Below are positions 21,900 to 35,279 of a DNA stretch of 44,180 nt, in pieces. The notes under the pieces were generated by a model that saw only the letters and a list, made by a program, of their open reading frames with translations, had not been told where the DNA came from and searched no databases. How positions within the stretch are numbered: position 1 is the first letter of the stretch; each line of letters starts with the position of its first letter. The position numbers and the translations under genes were made by a program. Source of the stretch: Atractiella rhizophila (lineage: Eukaryota); contig MU271184.1 in the NCBI GenBank assembly GCA_021432655.1, positions 248,001-292,180 of the forward strand, read 5' to 3'.

Positions 21900-24800
21900 C
21901 CAGCTACATTAGCCGACTCGGAATCGAGTACGGAATCAAACGAAAGCCTACCAAGAATCAGAACAAGGCAACAGGCGAGATTCCGTCAGCTACCACCGAC
22001 CCCTTTCGCCACTGGCAGCGTCAGACCGAGCAGTGCACGGGGACAAAGGAATACCAACTGTAACCGAAGAACAGAGACAGTTGGCACAAGGATATGAACT
22101 GCTGCAAAAGGATCCTTGAGAGGCGACAACGGAACAACAGTCAGAGCGCTAAAAAAGTGGACAAGAGGGAAGTTGTTTCACATTAGTATTGAAGTTGGAA
22201 CAGCTTGGAAAGGACCACTGGAAGGTCACATCAACACGTGCGATCATAGACAAAGAGGCGACCAGAAGTTTGATGAGCAAGGACTTCTATCTAAAGAACC
22301 AAAGAAACCTGCCCCCCTTCTTCTGTCAGACAGTTCGCTGATAACTGGGAATGGATCAGTAGCTCTACCAATTGGCAGGATAACGACTCGATCAGCAGTT
22401 ATCAACGACCCACAACTAGCCGAGGCCCAGTTCGAGATCCTGGACGCAGGGTGAGCGTTTGATGTACTCCTCAGCAAAGGATGGAAAGAAGACATGGAAG
22501 CGATTCACTTCTACAAATGGGACGTCATATGCTTCATGCCAACGGATGACAGCAAGACTTGGAAATGTTATAGGAACGAAACGATTGGATCAACTCAACC
22601 GCCTTGGAACCTTCCATCAAACCCCCTCGACATCGTTAAATTACTCACCTCCGGAACCATATTCTACTTCAACACCACCACCAACCATGACACCAATTTA
22701 TCCTCACAATTCAAAATTATCGACAACTCTCACGAAATAGATGAAGAAATATTTGTGCTAGAGCAGTACAAGAAAATCCTGGATTACCGTCCCCACCCAG
22801 GTGCCCGTTGGATCGACGCTAGGGGACGTGTAGAGCACCGATTCGACAGGCAAGGCCAAGGGGAGGGAGCGGTGGCCAGCTCAGCCGTTGAAAAATACTG
22901 CTCCTTTTTCGCTCCTGGCGAAAAGCATGAGCATGATCCTTACTATTCACACCAGCACAATGCTAAACCCTCCTATACATTCTGAGAGAAGGATCACGTG
23001 CCGCTCCAAAGCTTGATAGCCAGCTTGAAGGACAACCTTTGAAGGCTAAAACATCCTGGAGTTAACCCTCCAGCCCCAGGTACCCGTTGGGTCAATGCTA
23101 GGGGAGGAGGATAGCGATTTTGACTCAGTGGGCACATGACCGGGGTGGAGTGGAGGCTAGCCCAGCCATTGGCTCTGTAAAGCTTGCGTTATGCAGTGCT
23201 CCGGTCTTACGATCTCCACACTTCGCTTCAGATTCAGAATTCGTTGCCCAATCAGGGGCATGTCGGCATGGGTTCGCAACTACACTCAGCCAACGATTCG
23301 ACGATGGCATCATCTACCCAGTCGGATATGCATCCCGAAAGACAACACCCAGCGAATCGCTCTATTCAGCCCCACTGCTTGAACTTGCAGGTCTCAAATA
23401 TAGCTTAGACTATTGGAGAGACCTGACCCTGGGATTCCCAATTGATGTCAAAACCGATTGTCGCTCACTCCTAACCATACTCAAAAATGAGAAGCTGAGT
23501 CCTGCGCATGGAGTGATGGAGGGAATGTCTATTCACCCACAACATCCGCTGCATTGAACATGTCTTAGGTAGTGTGAACTATTGCTGCAATATGATGTCT
23601 GCAGCACCTGTGGGAGAAGCTGGGAAGGTGACATGGGAATCATGGATGGAGATAGAAGGGTTAAAGGACGAGTCGTTCCAAGAAGCACTGGGGGGGAAGC
23701 AATGGGTGATGATGGTTAAGGAGGATCCGGAGGTAAAGGAGTTGCTCAAGAGATTTGAAGGAGATGAGGTATTCGAGGGAATCCTTCACCTGATCCTATT
23801 CCTCTCACTCAAGGACGGAACTCCCAAACATCTGAAAGAAGTCATCCGTCAACAAGCAACCTCCTATGTCTACCGAAAAGGGGAACTCCTGTTCGTCCAG
23901 AGGAGAAGGGAATACAAATGCGTTCCAAGAAGAGAAGTAAAAAATCTCATCATTTCAGCACATGAACAACAATGCCAGCAGGACGGGATCTAACCCTCTG
24001 GCACATCAAACAGAAGCACTACTGGCCAACAATGCAGGCTGATGTCACAGAATATGTCCTTTCATGCCCATTGTGCCAACGCTTCGGTCCATCAAGCCGA
24101 AACTTCCTCCTCCAACCGATACTCAAACTCGCTCCACTCTCCCTTGTCTCTTTCAATGTCCTCACACTCCCAGAGTGCAAAAAAGTACGTATGTTTGGGA
24201 AACCAGTCTGCAAGGTAGCGATAGCCTGCGATCACTTCACTGGATTTCGATGGGCAGTAATGTTGTCGAACGAGAAAGCTGAGCTTGGGGTACGCATCTT
24301 CAACAAACTCATAAACCATGCCGGCCCTTGCAATGTTCGATGGAGGTGGAACCTTCAACAACGAGGAACTGAAAGCGAGAATCAAGGAAGTTGGGACGAT
24401 TGCACATTTCACACCGGCTCTGCAACCATCGACGAATGGATTTCTGGAGAACAAAAACCACACTACCTCGAGCGATGCAGGAAAAATGCACCTGCAGGGG
24501 AAACGGACACGAGCAGCACTTGGGCCCTCAGGTTGGACGAAGACATAAACTCCCTCAACCGAGACAAGATTAAAAGCCATGGCTTCATGCCCACGGAGCT
24601 ACTCCATGGATGGAACCCATCGGACCGGCGCATGCTTACGTCCGAGGACGTGAGGGACTTGGTGGAAGGCGACAAGGAACCGACAAGAAAGGAGATTGAG
24701 GTATATCTAGGACAATTGGAGGCAAAAAGAGAACAAGCATTCATTAACAGGGACAAGTATACGGCAAAAATGAAGGAGAATTTCGATAAACATGCGAACC

Positions 24801-25057
24801 TGGTCAACTTCAAGGTGAATGACCTCGTCATGGTGATGGACAGCACTATTCGCACGCAACACTCACGAAAACTCGAAGCCAGGTGGTTTGGACCGTTCAA
24901 AATCGTCGGGAAAAGAGGAAACATCGATGGAGAAGAATCAGCAAATGCACAGTCCTGGATTTTGGAAACATTAACCGGAGTGAGAATAGGTGGATACTTC
25001 CACAACCAATGCCTTAAACGCTTTCATGCGAGGGATCCTAAAGCGGAAGGGATTTAG
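21900..25057 (+). mobile_element. Ty3/Gypsy LTR retrotransposon remnant (RNase H + integrase; no RT)
   Basis: RNase H: YPVGYASRKT..ELAGLKYSL..TDCRSL (23120-23557). Integrase: H..HYWPTM..CPLCQ, DHFT, and GPY/F motif KLEARWFGPFKIV (23972-25057). Frameshifted. Confidence 0.9.
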
Positions 25058-25199
25058 CTACAGCATTATCAGATCGTATCTCATATTTCTTATCACTTCA
25101 CTCACATCATATCATCATTTTATTCGGCCTGCCACCTATTTTCATCTTCTTCGTGAGCCGGCATCTGTGGTAGGCACAAACATGTACAATCCATAGAAT

Positions 25200-27250
25200 G
25201 AAAACTAACGCTGATCCACCATCTTCACTCACGTCCCATCCCCACGTCAAGAACCGCTACATCGTCCCTGATAAGATCTTCAGGATGAAGAATCAAAGGA
25301 TGTACACATGTGGTAGACCTCTCTTCTGAAATTCAATGACCCAGACATATCCGATAACCCTTCCAAAATTCTGTCGTACCACTAAATCCTTGATGTACTC
25401 CAGAGCCTTCAGTCGAAAAATCCTTGAAACTACATCTGGCCGATCCTCTGGCTTTTGTCCTGGTAGGAGGGCTTCCGTGATCTCTGCTCAGTTTGGGTTG
25501 CAAGTGAAGGTTGTAAAGATATTTGGGGGTCCCTTAGCACCAACTATACCCATCGCATCCTGGAACAGCTGATTCATTGAACGTGGACTGCCAGTGAAAC
25601 TTGATGTAATATAGTCAGCCTTCATATATCTTCTAAGGGATAGCCTTCCGCAAGGGCATCTGTAAGACCTTGATATACCTCAGCTCGAAGAATAGACTGA
25701 TTGAACCGAAGATAGCGGAGGCAATATGCTTCAATTTGTGCATAAGCGTCAACTACTAATTCTTGTAATAGCCGACCACCATAGAGAGGTAGTGTGAATA
25801 TATCACTTCGTTGATGCAACATGTAAGAATTGAACTCCATTTGACTGACACGTTGTCGAACCCCGGAATTACCAACCCGCATGCCGACTCAGTGAAGTGC
25901 TCTTGCTCGCGAGAAGGAAGATCTCCGGGCAGGTCTCGATATGGAATCTGTGGATGCCATCCTTGGTCCCCATATGGAAAAAGAAGTGGAAAACGAAGTG
26001 GAAGATAATTTGAGTTAAGCTCGTTGACACGCTGTAAGTTGCTACCGTTCGTGGTTGTCCCTGAGCTGGACGATGATATCTCTAGCCACGCCATATTCTT
26101 CTCTGTTGCCATCTCCTACCATCACCACAGCAACTTTGCTGGCTACGGGAATGTTGTAGCGTCTTGGGTCCCTATCTCGTGGAGCTACTGTGCGAAGATG
26201 TAGTGTGGTGGTGGGATCCTGTTCCATTCTTTCTTTTGCAAATTTGTTGATCCTCGGATATGGGTTGACATGGAAGAGCATAGCCTGAAGTTCTTCAAGT
26301 GTAGCACGATTCAGTGAGACTGAAGAGTTCCCAACTCTTCGTTCAATCTGTACAGCTGAATCTGTAATGTAGACCTGTGCAAATGTTTCACCTCCTTCTT
26401 GTTGTGGCAAAAGAGTACCAATAAGGTGGCACAGCTCTCCCTGAATTTTGAAGGAGTAGGGACCATGTCCAGGAATTGATACCTGGCCGATGCCTAATGA
26501 TGTAAAGGCGAAAGCATTATTGAATACCCTGATATGCTCTCGAAATGCCTTTGGCTCTAAAATGATTTTCCTCTCAGATATGTATATGCAATAAATTGAA
26601 TAGAAATACTTACCGTTGTATTGTGATGTGTAAAAAGCTTTCGTAGCTCTTCAGGTGGAGATGGAGGAACAGGTAGCAGCACCTTGCCATGTAGACAGCA
26701 CAATGAAAACTTTGGATTATATTGTGGGCTGTTCACGATCTTCTCTTCCATCCAATGAAAGGCTTTGCAATGTGCACAAAGTAATCCCCACGTAGAGAGA
26801 TGATGTGCCTCAAGATCCATATCAGGTGAGTAGTTGAATGCAGGATAGTGATGTTGCCTTTGTTCGCCTTGCAACAATGGGACTAATGCCCTATCCTCAT
26901 CGCTGTCTCCATCATCAGGATCAGGAGAGGATGGGTGCTGTTGAGCCTCTTCTTCACTGTCCTCCTCAGGGAAGGGTGAACACTGTCTCTGATGTCGTCA
27001 AGCTGGTCGTGACGATCTAGACAGTGATGAGCTGCGTCGATGCAGGTGATGTGGAGCCCTAGTTGGTCTCGTCTCATGCTGAGGTGGAGTCGGTGGAGTA
27101 GGATTAAAATGTGCAGGGCATCGCCTCTCCCTTATAGGTCGGCCTTGGTGTGGTGGTGCCTCCTGCTGCAGATTTTGGGGCTGTTTGGATCGGCGCTCTC
27201 AGTTTCTTGTTTGATTTCTCTGAATTGCACGTGGCATGAGAGTGTAGCTT
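25200..27250 (-). mobile_element. Helitron Rep/helicase N-terminal fragment (Helitron_like_N)
   Basis: CAHCKAFHW..CCLHGKV; FNNAFAFTSLG; RYNIP; YLPLRFPLLFPYGDQGWH; GRLLQELVVDAY; SFTGSPR; FTTFTCNP; IEFQKRGLPH. Stops and frameshifts; helicase absent. Confidence 0.95.
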
Positions 27251-28369
27251 GCCGCACATAGCAAAATGATGTAAGTGAAGAATACATAAGCTAGAGTACA
27301 CACACCTATGCTCCTTTTGCTTGATTTGATTTGATGGTAAAGGATGCAGGGATACTATAGTAGATTGTTAGAGACCATATTTGTGCTGAAAGAAACAGTT
27401 TCACTTGCATGAACATTTGCTCACTTTCCCTCATAGTTAGGAAACAATGTCTTTTGGCATACGATGCGAGAAATCAGAGAAAGCGCTGAAGAAATCGTGT
27501 GCAGGCACTTTGTAGCACTGCACTTTTTGGGTGACAAAATGTGACCCCACCAAGAATCGAACTCCCATCAACACAACCCAGGACCTGAATTTCACCACAG
27601 ACCAACTAAACCATAGTACAACTTTTATGTTGTATCAAATTACTTTGAGTAGGTAGCGAAACCTTTGCCCAAACGGTCAAAGTCACCTGACTCAGTCAGG
27701 AAAACATTTATTTTTTCGTCCTTCAAACAGGCTTTGCTGTATACGGTTCGAAGAGCGCCGACACACGTATTCTGTTGGTATGCTCAGAATTCTGACAGGG
27801 TTGTCATGGGCAGTGATATAAGAGCTCAAAAGTACATGCGTGAGTCATGCTAAAAACATGTCGTGCTTTATATATAAGGACAACAAAGGGTTCAAGGCAT
27901 GGTACCTTTGTTATACCACATCTTCGTTCTTCGATGACAGTCTCTTAAGCAGTCCATCGTTGAATGCACAAGTCGTCGTTAACTCAAGCAAGACTCGAAG
28001 GGTGAATCAGTTTGTTTACATTGTGCAGAAGTTGATGTCTTTGGCGCTTGACAGGGAATCAGCAGATTTGTTTGCGTGAAAAAAAACCTTTGGAATACAG
28101 ACAGAGAGCGTTGTCCTCACAAGCCCGATCTCCTCATGCGGTGAAGGTTCCTCAAGCAATGAAAACAGCAATTTTACTCCTTCCCATCTATCATCGTCAT
28201 TTCCCCTATTTTTGTTTCATGATCCCCCGAGAACCAGCAGATAAACTCTGGGAAACTGACTCACTCCAAGCCATACGCAATAGCTATGACCTTTGCCGCA
28301 TTGTGTTACTAGTGTGCATGGAAAGACTTGGTGTAGATGGGGTTCCAAGATTGCTGATAACAATTGAGC

Positions 28370-29905
28370 ACGAGGTGTCGAGTATGAGGGAAGTGACCTT
28401 TGTGAGGTGTGGTACTTTGAATAGAACGGAGGGGGATGGATGGATGCTGTCGTCCCAAACGAATTCTAGCTAGTGACACCCAAATTCAATGCTCTGTTAG
28501 ATGGACAGGGATAAGACCGAGCACCTTTCTGTCATGTCTTCTCTAGAACACGAGTTAAATCTGTGTATCTCGAGTATCATTCCTCCCCACCCTCCCAAAC
28601 CCATGTATATTTGTCCTTCTCGCTCACATCAAAATCTCTCAAGGCGCTCCTGGCCATGCGTATCTCTCCCCCACGCCAAGCTCCAAAGAATAGTGCGATC
28701 CTCAACCTGCGTCCTCTCGTTGTCTGAGGGAGGGGACACAGATAGGACAGCTCTAGCCATGTGAGGGTGAATGGGAGAGGCGGGTATGTGAGAAGCTCTA
28801 GTCCTTCAAGGTCAGATGATAATTGAAGCGCTGGTGATGTCGACGAGGCAGAGTCCTCCACGTCAAAAGCATGGAAGGTTCTGATCCTGTCACCCATCCT
28901 CGACATAAAATTCTCAACCTCATCCTTCTTCCACTTTCTCCAACCTTGACCTCGAAACATTACGTCATCCAACCTCGTCAAGCTGTCAAACGCATGCAAC
29001 ACAATCTTCGCCTCCTTTCATTCCAAATTGCATCCATTGTCACTAACATAACATTCGGCGAGCCGGCGATGACGCCTTTCGCCATCGCAATGCTGATGTC
29101 ATCGTCCTCACTCTCAAACAAGAGATATGTCCACAAACGCCCGGCATTAGGATAAGCTGTCAAACGAGCATACATCTCCTTCACAGAAACTTCACTCAAA
29201 TATGAGGCTGAAACAGCCTTCCAAAGCTGACAGACGGCCGAAAGTCGCTCGTAGGAAACGAGATATCCAGTACCTTCTATGAGCATTTCAGATTCATTAA
29301 ATGAAAGAAACTCGAAGATGAGTGAGAGGACCTCAGGAGGAAGGTGTGTGATACTGCATAAACCAATACCTGTAGGTTGAGTTGTGGGGAGGAAGAGTTG
29401 GATGGTTGTCCCCAGAAAGGTGGATGGGATGGTTGATTCCTCCCATTCACTGAGAGGAATGAAACGCTGTTGCTCCTTCAAGTATAGGGCAACAGGTTCA
29501 AAGAGGACCTGAGAACGATTATCCGGAAGATAAAAAGTGCATGTGAAGGGCTTCCGAGACAGGCCCTCCAATTCCACGGATGCAACGTTTGGTATCCCCA
29601 AAAGCTACCGTAATACATTCCTCCTCCAACACAATGCAAAGAATCACTGCACCGTCAGGTTCGACTTCATTTTTGATACCTGCCAGAGAGAAGTAGGATA
29701 ATTTCAACAGCTCATAATACTCCCTCCAGAATTCAAGAGGCAAGACAAATGTGATTCGGAGCATGTGAATTGATGGAGGTAGGCGAGAAAGGGAAGAGGG
29801 AAGAATGGAGGCATGGATCGGAGTGCCATGTTCTAAGGTTACTGGGGTAATGGGATGGACCAGTGCGATTGACTCTGTTCCCTCATCATCCTTCTGTGAA
29901 ATCAA
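28370..29905 (-). pseudogene. F-box-like protein, frameshifted
   Basis: SITHLPPEVLSLIFEFL..RLSAVCQLWKAVS. Three overlapping ORFs (29519-29905, 28978-29601, 28577-29002) linked by frameshifts. Confidence 0.6.
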
Positions 29906-30522
29906 TGTTTCTTTCTCAATCCTTCCTGGAGATGCACTAGGCTGAGGCTCAGAAATTCATGTCAAACGAGACTAGAGAAGGGGAAGGATCATATCATGCC
30001 TGCAGCGCATCCGCTCGTTGTCTAACCATCTTGACGTTCTCCGCGCAATGATCAGACATCACAATTGTGAGGATGGAGATCGCAAAACTGTTCGTGGAAG
30101 TCGGTGGATTAGGCACCGTTGCAATTAAGACAGATTAGGATCTGTGTCCGGACGTTGAAGGTTTAGTTCTCTAGCACTTGACTACCAGATAGTGCCACAG
30201 GAAATCCTAAAATATGTAAAGAACTGAAATCCTTTGCAATACTAGCACCTAAACTACACTGCATTCAAATCAGAGCTAGAGGAGAGCGCTCTGATATTGA
30301 TCCTCCATCCGCAATGATATAATTGTGAGAGGGAAAGCAGGGACAGTTAGGGAGGGCCACTTGTGAGGACATAGATGACATTTGAGTCAAGACGGGAAAC
30401 AAAAGGGATGGAGGGCAGAGGCTTACGAGTACGAGAGCGGCTGACCTAGACGTCCGCTTGTGATCCCTGATCCAACACTGCCAATATAGCTCTCCTCTTT
30501 TCCATCAACCATTTCATTGTTG

Positions 30523-30983
30523 ACATCCAAAGCATGTTCAGGGCCATCTCTCTTCAGCCCAACCTGTCACTCTCAAGCCAAAGTATTGCCATCCCACGAA
30601 TCTTGACAAACTGGCGTTTATAGACTATGCTGAGAAGAATAAGGGAAGGCTCAATTGTTGTGAGAGGGAGTGATGCTGTGTGATGGTGAGGTTGCGAGAC
30701 AGCTTAGGATGCTGTGCACAAAGGCACTGAAGGAGTTTTCAAGCGAAAGTTCGTGAAGGAGTCTCGGGTACAGACCACCTTGGATTCTTTCGCGCAGAAC
30801 AAGTGAGCACAGTACTACAGTTGATTCCAAACACCATATAACATACATACTTGTGATATCCGATGTTTTCCAACAATATCCTGCCACAAGTCCCCTTTTG
30901 CGTGCTCCTGCTCGTATGCAAGCACCCTTTATATGCAAGCTTAGGTGCTCCGCCGAGGGCCTGCATGTTTAGGGGTCTGACTG
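30523..30983 (+). mobile_element. Internally deleted second copy of the pogo-like element
   Basis: 30523-30623 matches 20253-20353; 30622-30647 matches rc(15149-15174); 30818-30983 matches rc(14651-14818). Encodes a pogo-like C-terminus QTTLDSFAQNK*. Confidence 0.8.
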
Positions 30984-31137
30984 TTGTCCCCAAAGTCTTG
31001 CTCGATGCACGGAAGGGTTATGTGTGCTCTGCTGCCCAGCACATTCATGCAGCTTTGCCTGCGGAAGGTCTGTTTAACCATGTCGGAGAAGACACAGTCT
31101 TTCAGGATGAATCTGAAGACTCTATGTTGTCATGCTA

Positions 31138-34100
31138 TGGTGCAGGTCCGCTAGTCCCACATCAGAGGCTACAGCATGAGTCACCATGACTCACAGGTCC
31201 CAAATCCCAGAAAATTTTTCCTGTCATCCTGCTTCTGAGGTTCTGGCTCCTCACATGCATATGTGTGAGCTGCCCACAGTGAAATGCATTAATGTATTCA
31301 CACTGTTCATAGTATTAAATGGAAACCCTAGTATATGTACAAACCCTCAAGCCTGAACCGGCTCCCCTGTTGCAGCAGCTACTTCTGGAACACGTCGGTG
31401 TGATGAATACTTGCGCACTTGAAATCCAGCTTGCATGACATCCTTGCCCTCGGCATAAGCTTGGATCCATCTGTGAGTTCTTCTCTCAAACTTTCTGATA
31501 GTGGACAGTTGCACAGACTTGAGAGCCACATGCATGTTCTCCTTCAATCCTTCAAAGGTGTACCGGCAGTTTTCTGTTGAAGTAATCAGTAACTTGTCAA
31601 CATCCAGAGAAGCTGCAAACCTCTAAGGTAGTACTTCATTCTTCCCCAAAAAAACTCAATGAAATTAAGCTCACAATGAAACTTCGGAAGCATTAAGGCA
31701 TAGTGCCCAGCTGCTTCAATTGCTTCGACCACTGCTCCTTTTTGGGCACGGAAGTCAGGCTGTGATGCAAGTAAACGCTCTGTGCCATGAAATGAGTATT
31801 GGATGGTGGAATGTAAGATGTTACTCACCAGCACAACATGTATGGTCTGCTTGATGGTCGGTTGCTTGCTTGCATCGACCTTTCAGACCCTTCTCCGGCC
31901 ACAAGCCTCGTTCCTTCAACACCAGCTCCATTCCCTTCGGTTTTCCAGCGTCAGGGTGACCGGGGGGGCATATCATTGACTGTCCAATCCTCTGCCCATC
32001 CCTCATGAACCATCCATCCCGCATAATCCGAGCATTTTTCCCACCTGGACTGGATATTAACAATGAATGCCACAGAGGAAGAGGAGTGGCCTATCAGGTC
32101 TCAAATTCATATCAGATGCTCTCAGTGCATCTGCTGCAAAATGATTATGACCTTGGGAATTATCAATCGACACCAGCACCCTTTGATTGGGATGGAGCCG
32201 TTCAAAAACAGGAATAAACTTTTCCGTAACCTATATACAATTTTAGTGAAGTTCTGATAGTCTCCCATGACGTACCTGCTTAAGCATTTTCTCTCCAGTC
32301 CAGAACCCTTCATGGTTCTTACCATACTCCAACTGTTCTCCACACTCTTCCAACCAACCGTATGTTGAGCAAATAAAATCTGAACGATGTATCCCTCGGC
32401 CCTGCCCCTTCTTCCGTAGCTTTGCTTGACCATCCAGAATCCAGCAGTGTTTCTTTCCGTCATTGGCAGTACACGTCGACTCATCATGCGCGACAAGGAC
32501 GATAGGCTGAGTTTCGGGGGGCAGTGGTTTCTTCACTTCAAGGTTAACGTCCTCAGAAGACCATTCGCGCAGTCGAGGCAGGAAGCTTTGGAAGGTTGGT
32601 ACGAAAACCTTCTGACGATATTCAACAACATCAGGTCGCTCATGGCCACTGCTCAACTCCAATCAGCACATTATGCATATGTGAAAGTAATGATGTACTC
32701 ATAATATAGTCCCTTTTTATATTCTGTCCATCGAAACCCTTCACGCCGCAACCATTTCCTTGCAGTACGTAACGAAATCCCCCGTTTCGGTTTCCACCCA
32801 GCATTGGGAAAGAAAGTCTCCTCCAGATAGCCCTTCAGCCTCATTGGCATGTCAGTGTGCAACTCCTCTTTCACTGATTTCTCAAGTTGAGATGGAATCA
32901 ATACATTCTGAGAATAGGCCGCCAATTTGGCTGGATCCATGTTCTCCTTTTCCTGCCGAACCCAAGCTCTCAGCATCTCACAATGCTCTGGATCATTCAA
33001 CAAAGAGAAGGTTTTCGCATGTCGGCCTTGCAGATCATCAGCTTGCAATGTCCAAAGGTTAGCACAGGAAGACAGACCACGGTTAGACATAGGGAGTGCT
33101 CCTTGCTCAGTTTCAAACCGGTCCGCCCAGCTTCGGATGTTCTTCGCTCCGTAAGACATCCCGAAACGATGAGCTGCAGCTGCTGTCTGCGATGCCTTGA
33201 GACGGGTATACCTGCCAGTCTTCATGAGGTTGAAGAAGCACTCCAATGCTCGAACTCGACGTGCTTGGAGCTCAGTCTCGAATTTCTGTTTCTTGAGCAA
33301 CCTCTCTGCCATCTCCGCGCCTGTTGCATACCGCCCCAGCCGTGCTTGGTGCCGCTCAAACGCTTCGCTTTGCACATATCGCTGTCGTTGTCTCTTGCGT
33401 GGGGGAGGGAGAGAGGGATCAGAAGGGGAGGCAGGGCCGGTGTTGCAGTGTCCGAAAGGTGGTTTCTGTGGTCGTCTCTCGTCGGAATCAGTTTCATCGT
33501 CATCAGGTGACTCTTCATTCTCCTCGGCTGATGAAATGATAAACGTCTGAATATTGAATGGATCATCGAGAGGAGAAGGAGGTGAGGTTGCAAGGGTAGG
33601 TGCTGTACTATGCTGGCCATCGTCTTCGTGAGCCACTGGGACGTCACGAGTGGTATGGGGAATGGAGTAAGGCGGTGGAAGAGGCCGGTTGTTGATGAGG
33701 AAGGCTTTGAGCGGGTAGCATGTCTTTGCTTCCCTGAAAAACCAATCAGTGCCAGCTTCAGTGCTAAAAGAGATTGAGAAAGGAGAGGGGAAAATAAAAA
33801 TACAAACTGTTCCAGCAATTCTTGCTTTTTCTTACGGTTATGGCGGGTTTGCTTTGGCACCTTCGTACCAATGTTGTATCCTGAAGAGCGTCCCAATGCC
33901 TTTTCTCCCTTCTTCTGATTCAACTCTCGCCCTCCCTCAGACATCAACTCAGCAAAAATGCCCGGAAGTTGTGCTTTAGCTTCTGCAATGAGTATCTGTC
34001 CTTCAGCAGTTTCAGGAGCAAGCTCATTGGCACTCTCTTCTGATGCAGATTCACCCTCAGAGTCAGAACTTTGCTCTGATGAAGCCCAACTTGCATCATC

Positions 34101-34744
34101 AAAGGTTCCGAAGCAATTCAAAGTCTCTTCATGCTTACTGCAAGAAGAGATCTCAAAAGGTTCAGGCAATGGAGCATCTGCTAATGCGAGGATCTCGCTT
34201 TCTTCATCAGAAGAATCTGAGAAAAGTAACCAGGGGTCTGTAACAGATCCTCCCAGTATCTTCAGAGATTGTCGTTGCTGACTCTTCGCAGCTTTAGCTG
34301 CCCTTGCTGTGACAAGCTTTTGGTCACGAGCTTTCATGCTCTTTGAGCGTCTCCCCATGCTGCTGAAAGATTTGGCGAAGGGGGAAATGGAAAAGAAAGA
34401 AGGGAAACGTCGATGTTGCAGACAATTGGAACCTGAGGACTTCTGTTTGTGGCGCTAATGCAGCACCGGAACCGAAATCGACCGTTCGGAGCCGAACGCC
34501 GACATCGGAACTAACTTTGCCAAAGTACACTGGAGATGTACAACGGCCTGTCCCAATCGCAAGATCTTTGAAAATAAAACCTTTTCTGGAAGTCAACCAA
34601 TAAAAAATCTGTCTTACAAAACTCTTCTAAATACACCAAATAAGCTATATGTAAGACAGATTGTTGAAATGTTCACTCTGGGAGTCACGATTTTGGAATG
34701 ACTCATGCTGTAGCCTCTGATGCGGGACTAGCGGACCTGCACCA
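31138..34744 (-). mobile_element. Full-length IS630/Tc1-mariner superfamily DNA transposon, 3607 bp
   Basis: ~46-bp TIRs TGGTGCAGGTCCGCTAGTCCC.. with one mismatch (31138-31183 and 34699-34744). TA duplication at 31136-31137 and 34745-34746. Confidence 0.95.
31347..34358 (-). CDS. Multi-exon DDE transposase (one intron donor mutated)
   Basis: Exons splice in frame: LVAHDES (D), IDNSQGH (D), LPKFHCELNFIE (E), plus KPKGM..LKERGLW and YSSHRRV. Seven predicted introns; the intron at 32045-32094 starts AT instead of GT. Confidence 0.85.
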
Positions 34745-35279
34745 TAGACCTTGAAGCGGAACCTCAGGCAAGAGAGATGACAATGATGAAGTGGGGGACA
34801 ATCTTCAAAAGGAGCAGGGGACAAAGCGGAGAAACAAGAGCCAAAAGGTATGTCCTCATCGTACTTAGTTCCCTTGCCCTCACTTAGATCCATATAGGTT
34901 ACTAGAGGCGTAGAGCAAGGGTCGGATGGAGAAGGGGTTGTTGCCACTTCCTCACTCAAAGCAACAGTGTGGGAAGAGTTGGTGGTGACGGATTCGCTAT
35001 GTTGAATGTTCATCTCTGATTCATCCCTTCTTTCTGGCTTGTCGTGACGATGTGTTTTCATTCCAGCCGATAATTTCTCGATCATTGATCCTCTATTTTT
35101 ATGAGCAGACAACGGTCAACCGTGCAAGCGCCACAGTTCGAGCTTGACATCAAGAGGGCGACAGGTATTATCAATGTAACCATTGCACACACATTGTCCG
35201 TATCTCTAAAGCGAGCAATTCTAACTCCAAAGGGCTTGTCAAACATCTTAACAATCTCTCCAGCCATCAGAAATCTCTG

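Noticed and set aside
14651..30983. A single 16-kb element with ~170-bp TIRs
   Set aside because: Both are copies of the same 3' end. The true partner end is at 19919, where the YR frame resumes; there is no TA after 30983.
32760..34281. Plus-strand ORFs of 100-207 aa (and similar antisense ORFs over the Gypsy integrase)
   Set aside because: Antisense shadows of the transposase or integrase coding sequence.
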